Source: Octopus vulgaris (Eukaryota). Taken from it: a stretch of 64,000 nucleotides of DNA. The notes beneath the pieces are model-generated. The model searched no databases, was not told where the DNA came from, and worked only from the letters and a program-made list of their open reading frames with translations. The stretch spans positions 5,952,001-6,016,000 of the forward strand of contig OX597818.1 in assembly GCA_951406725.2 (NCBI GenBank), read 5' to 3'. The position numbers and the translations under genes are program-made. Shown piece after piece: positions 63,895-64,000 of the stretch (the stretch's first letter is position 1; each line of letters starts with the position of its first letter).

Positions 63895-63990
63895 ATCCGG
63901 GTCTACCAGTGTTTTAGTTTCCGTCTACCATATTTACTCACAAGGCTTTGGTCAGCCCGAGGTTATAATGGTAGTTACTTACCCAAGTAC
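63895..63990 (-). mobile_element. Partial SINE copy
   Basis: TTTCCGTCTACCA...ACTCACAAGGCTTTGGTCAGCCCGAGG matches 6865-6915. Confidence 0.6.
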
Positions 63991-64000
63991 AACGCATTTG

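Overview
Gene-free, AT-rich, repeat-saturated eukaryotic DNA. The microsatellite load and SINE type suggest a cephalopod such as Octopus (inference only). No host protein-coding exon could be supported. The centrepiece is a very young ~7.7 kb Penelope-like retroelement (PLE) insertion at ~25435-33098, with Neptune-type RT and C-terminal GIY-YIG. It is built as an inverted 3' piece, a 5'-truncated tandem copy and one full unit, inserted in (TA)n with an apparent ~22-nt target duplication. Unlike canonical single-ORF EN+ PLEs, it has a 430-aa upstream ORF1 overlapping an ATG-less RT-EN frame in the -1 phase across a U_UUU_UUU slippery site, a gag-pol-like arrangement. Each pseudo-LTR carries a minimal hammerhead ribozyme with a variant CCGAAGA core. 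The rest of the window holds several older PLE remnants (several with hammerhead-like folds), mariner relics, tRNA-derived SINEs, L1/Tx1-like and R4/Dong-like LINE relics clustered on (TA)n/(TTA)n, and a ~9.6 kb higher-order (TTA)n array bracketed by a duplicated unique segment.
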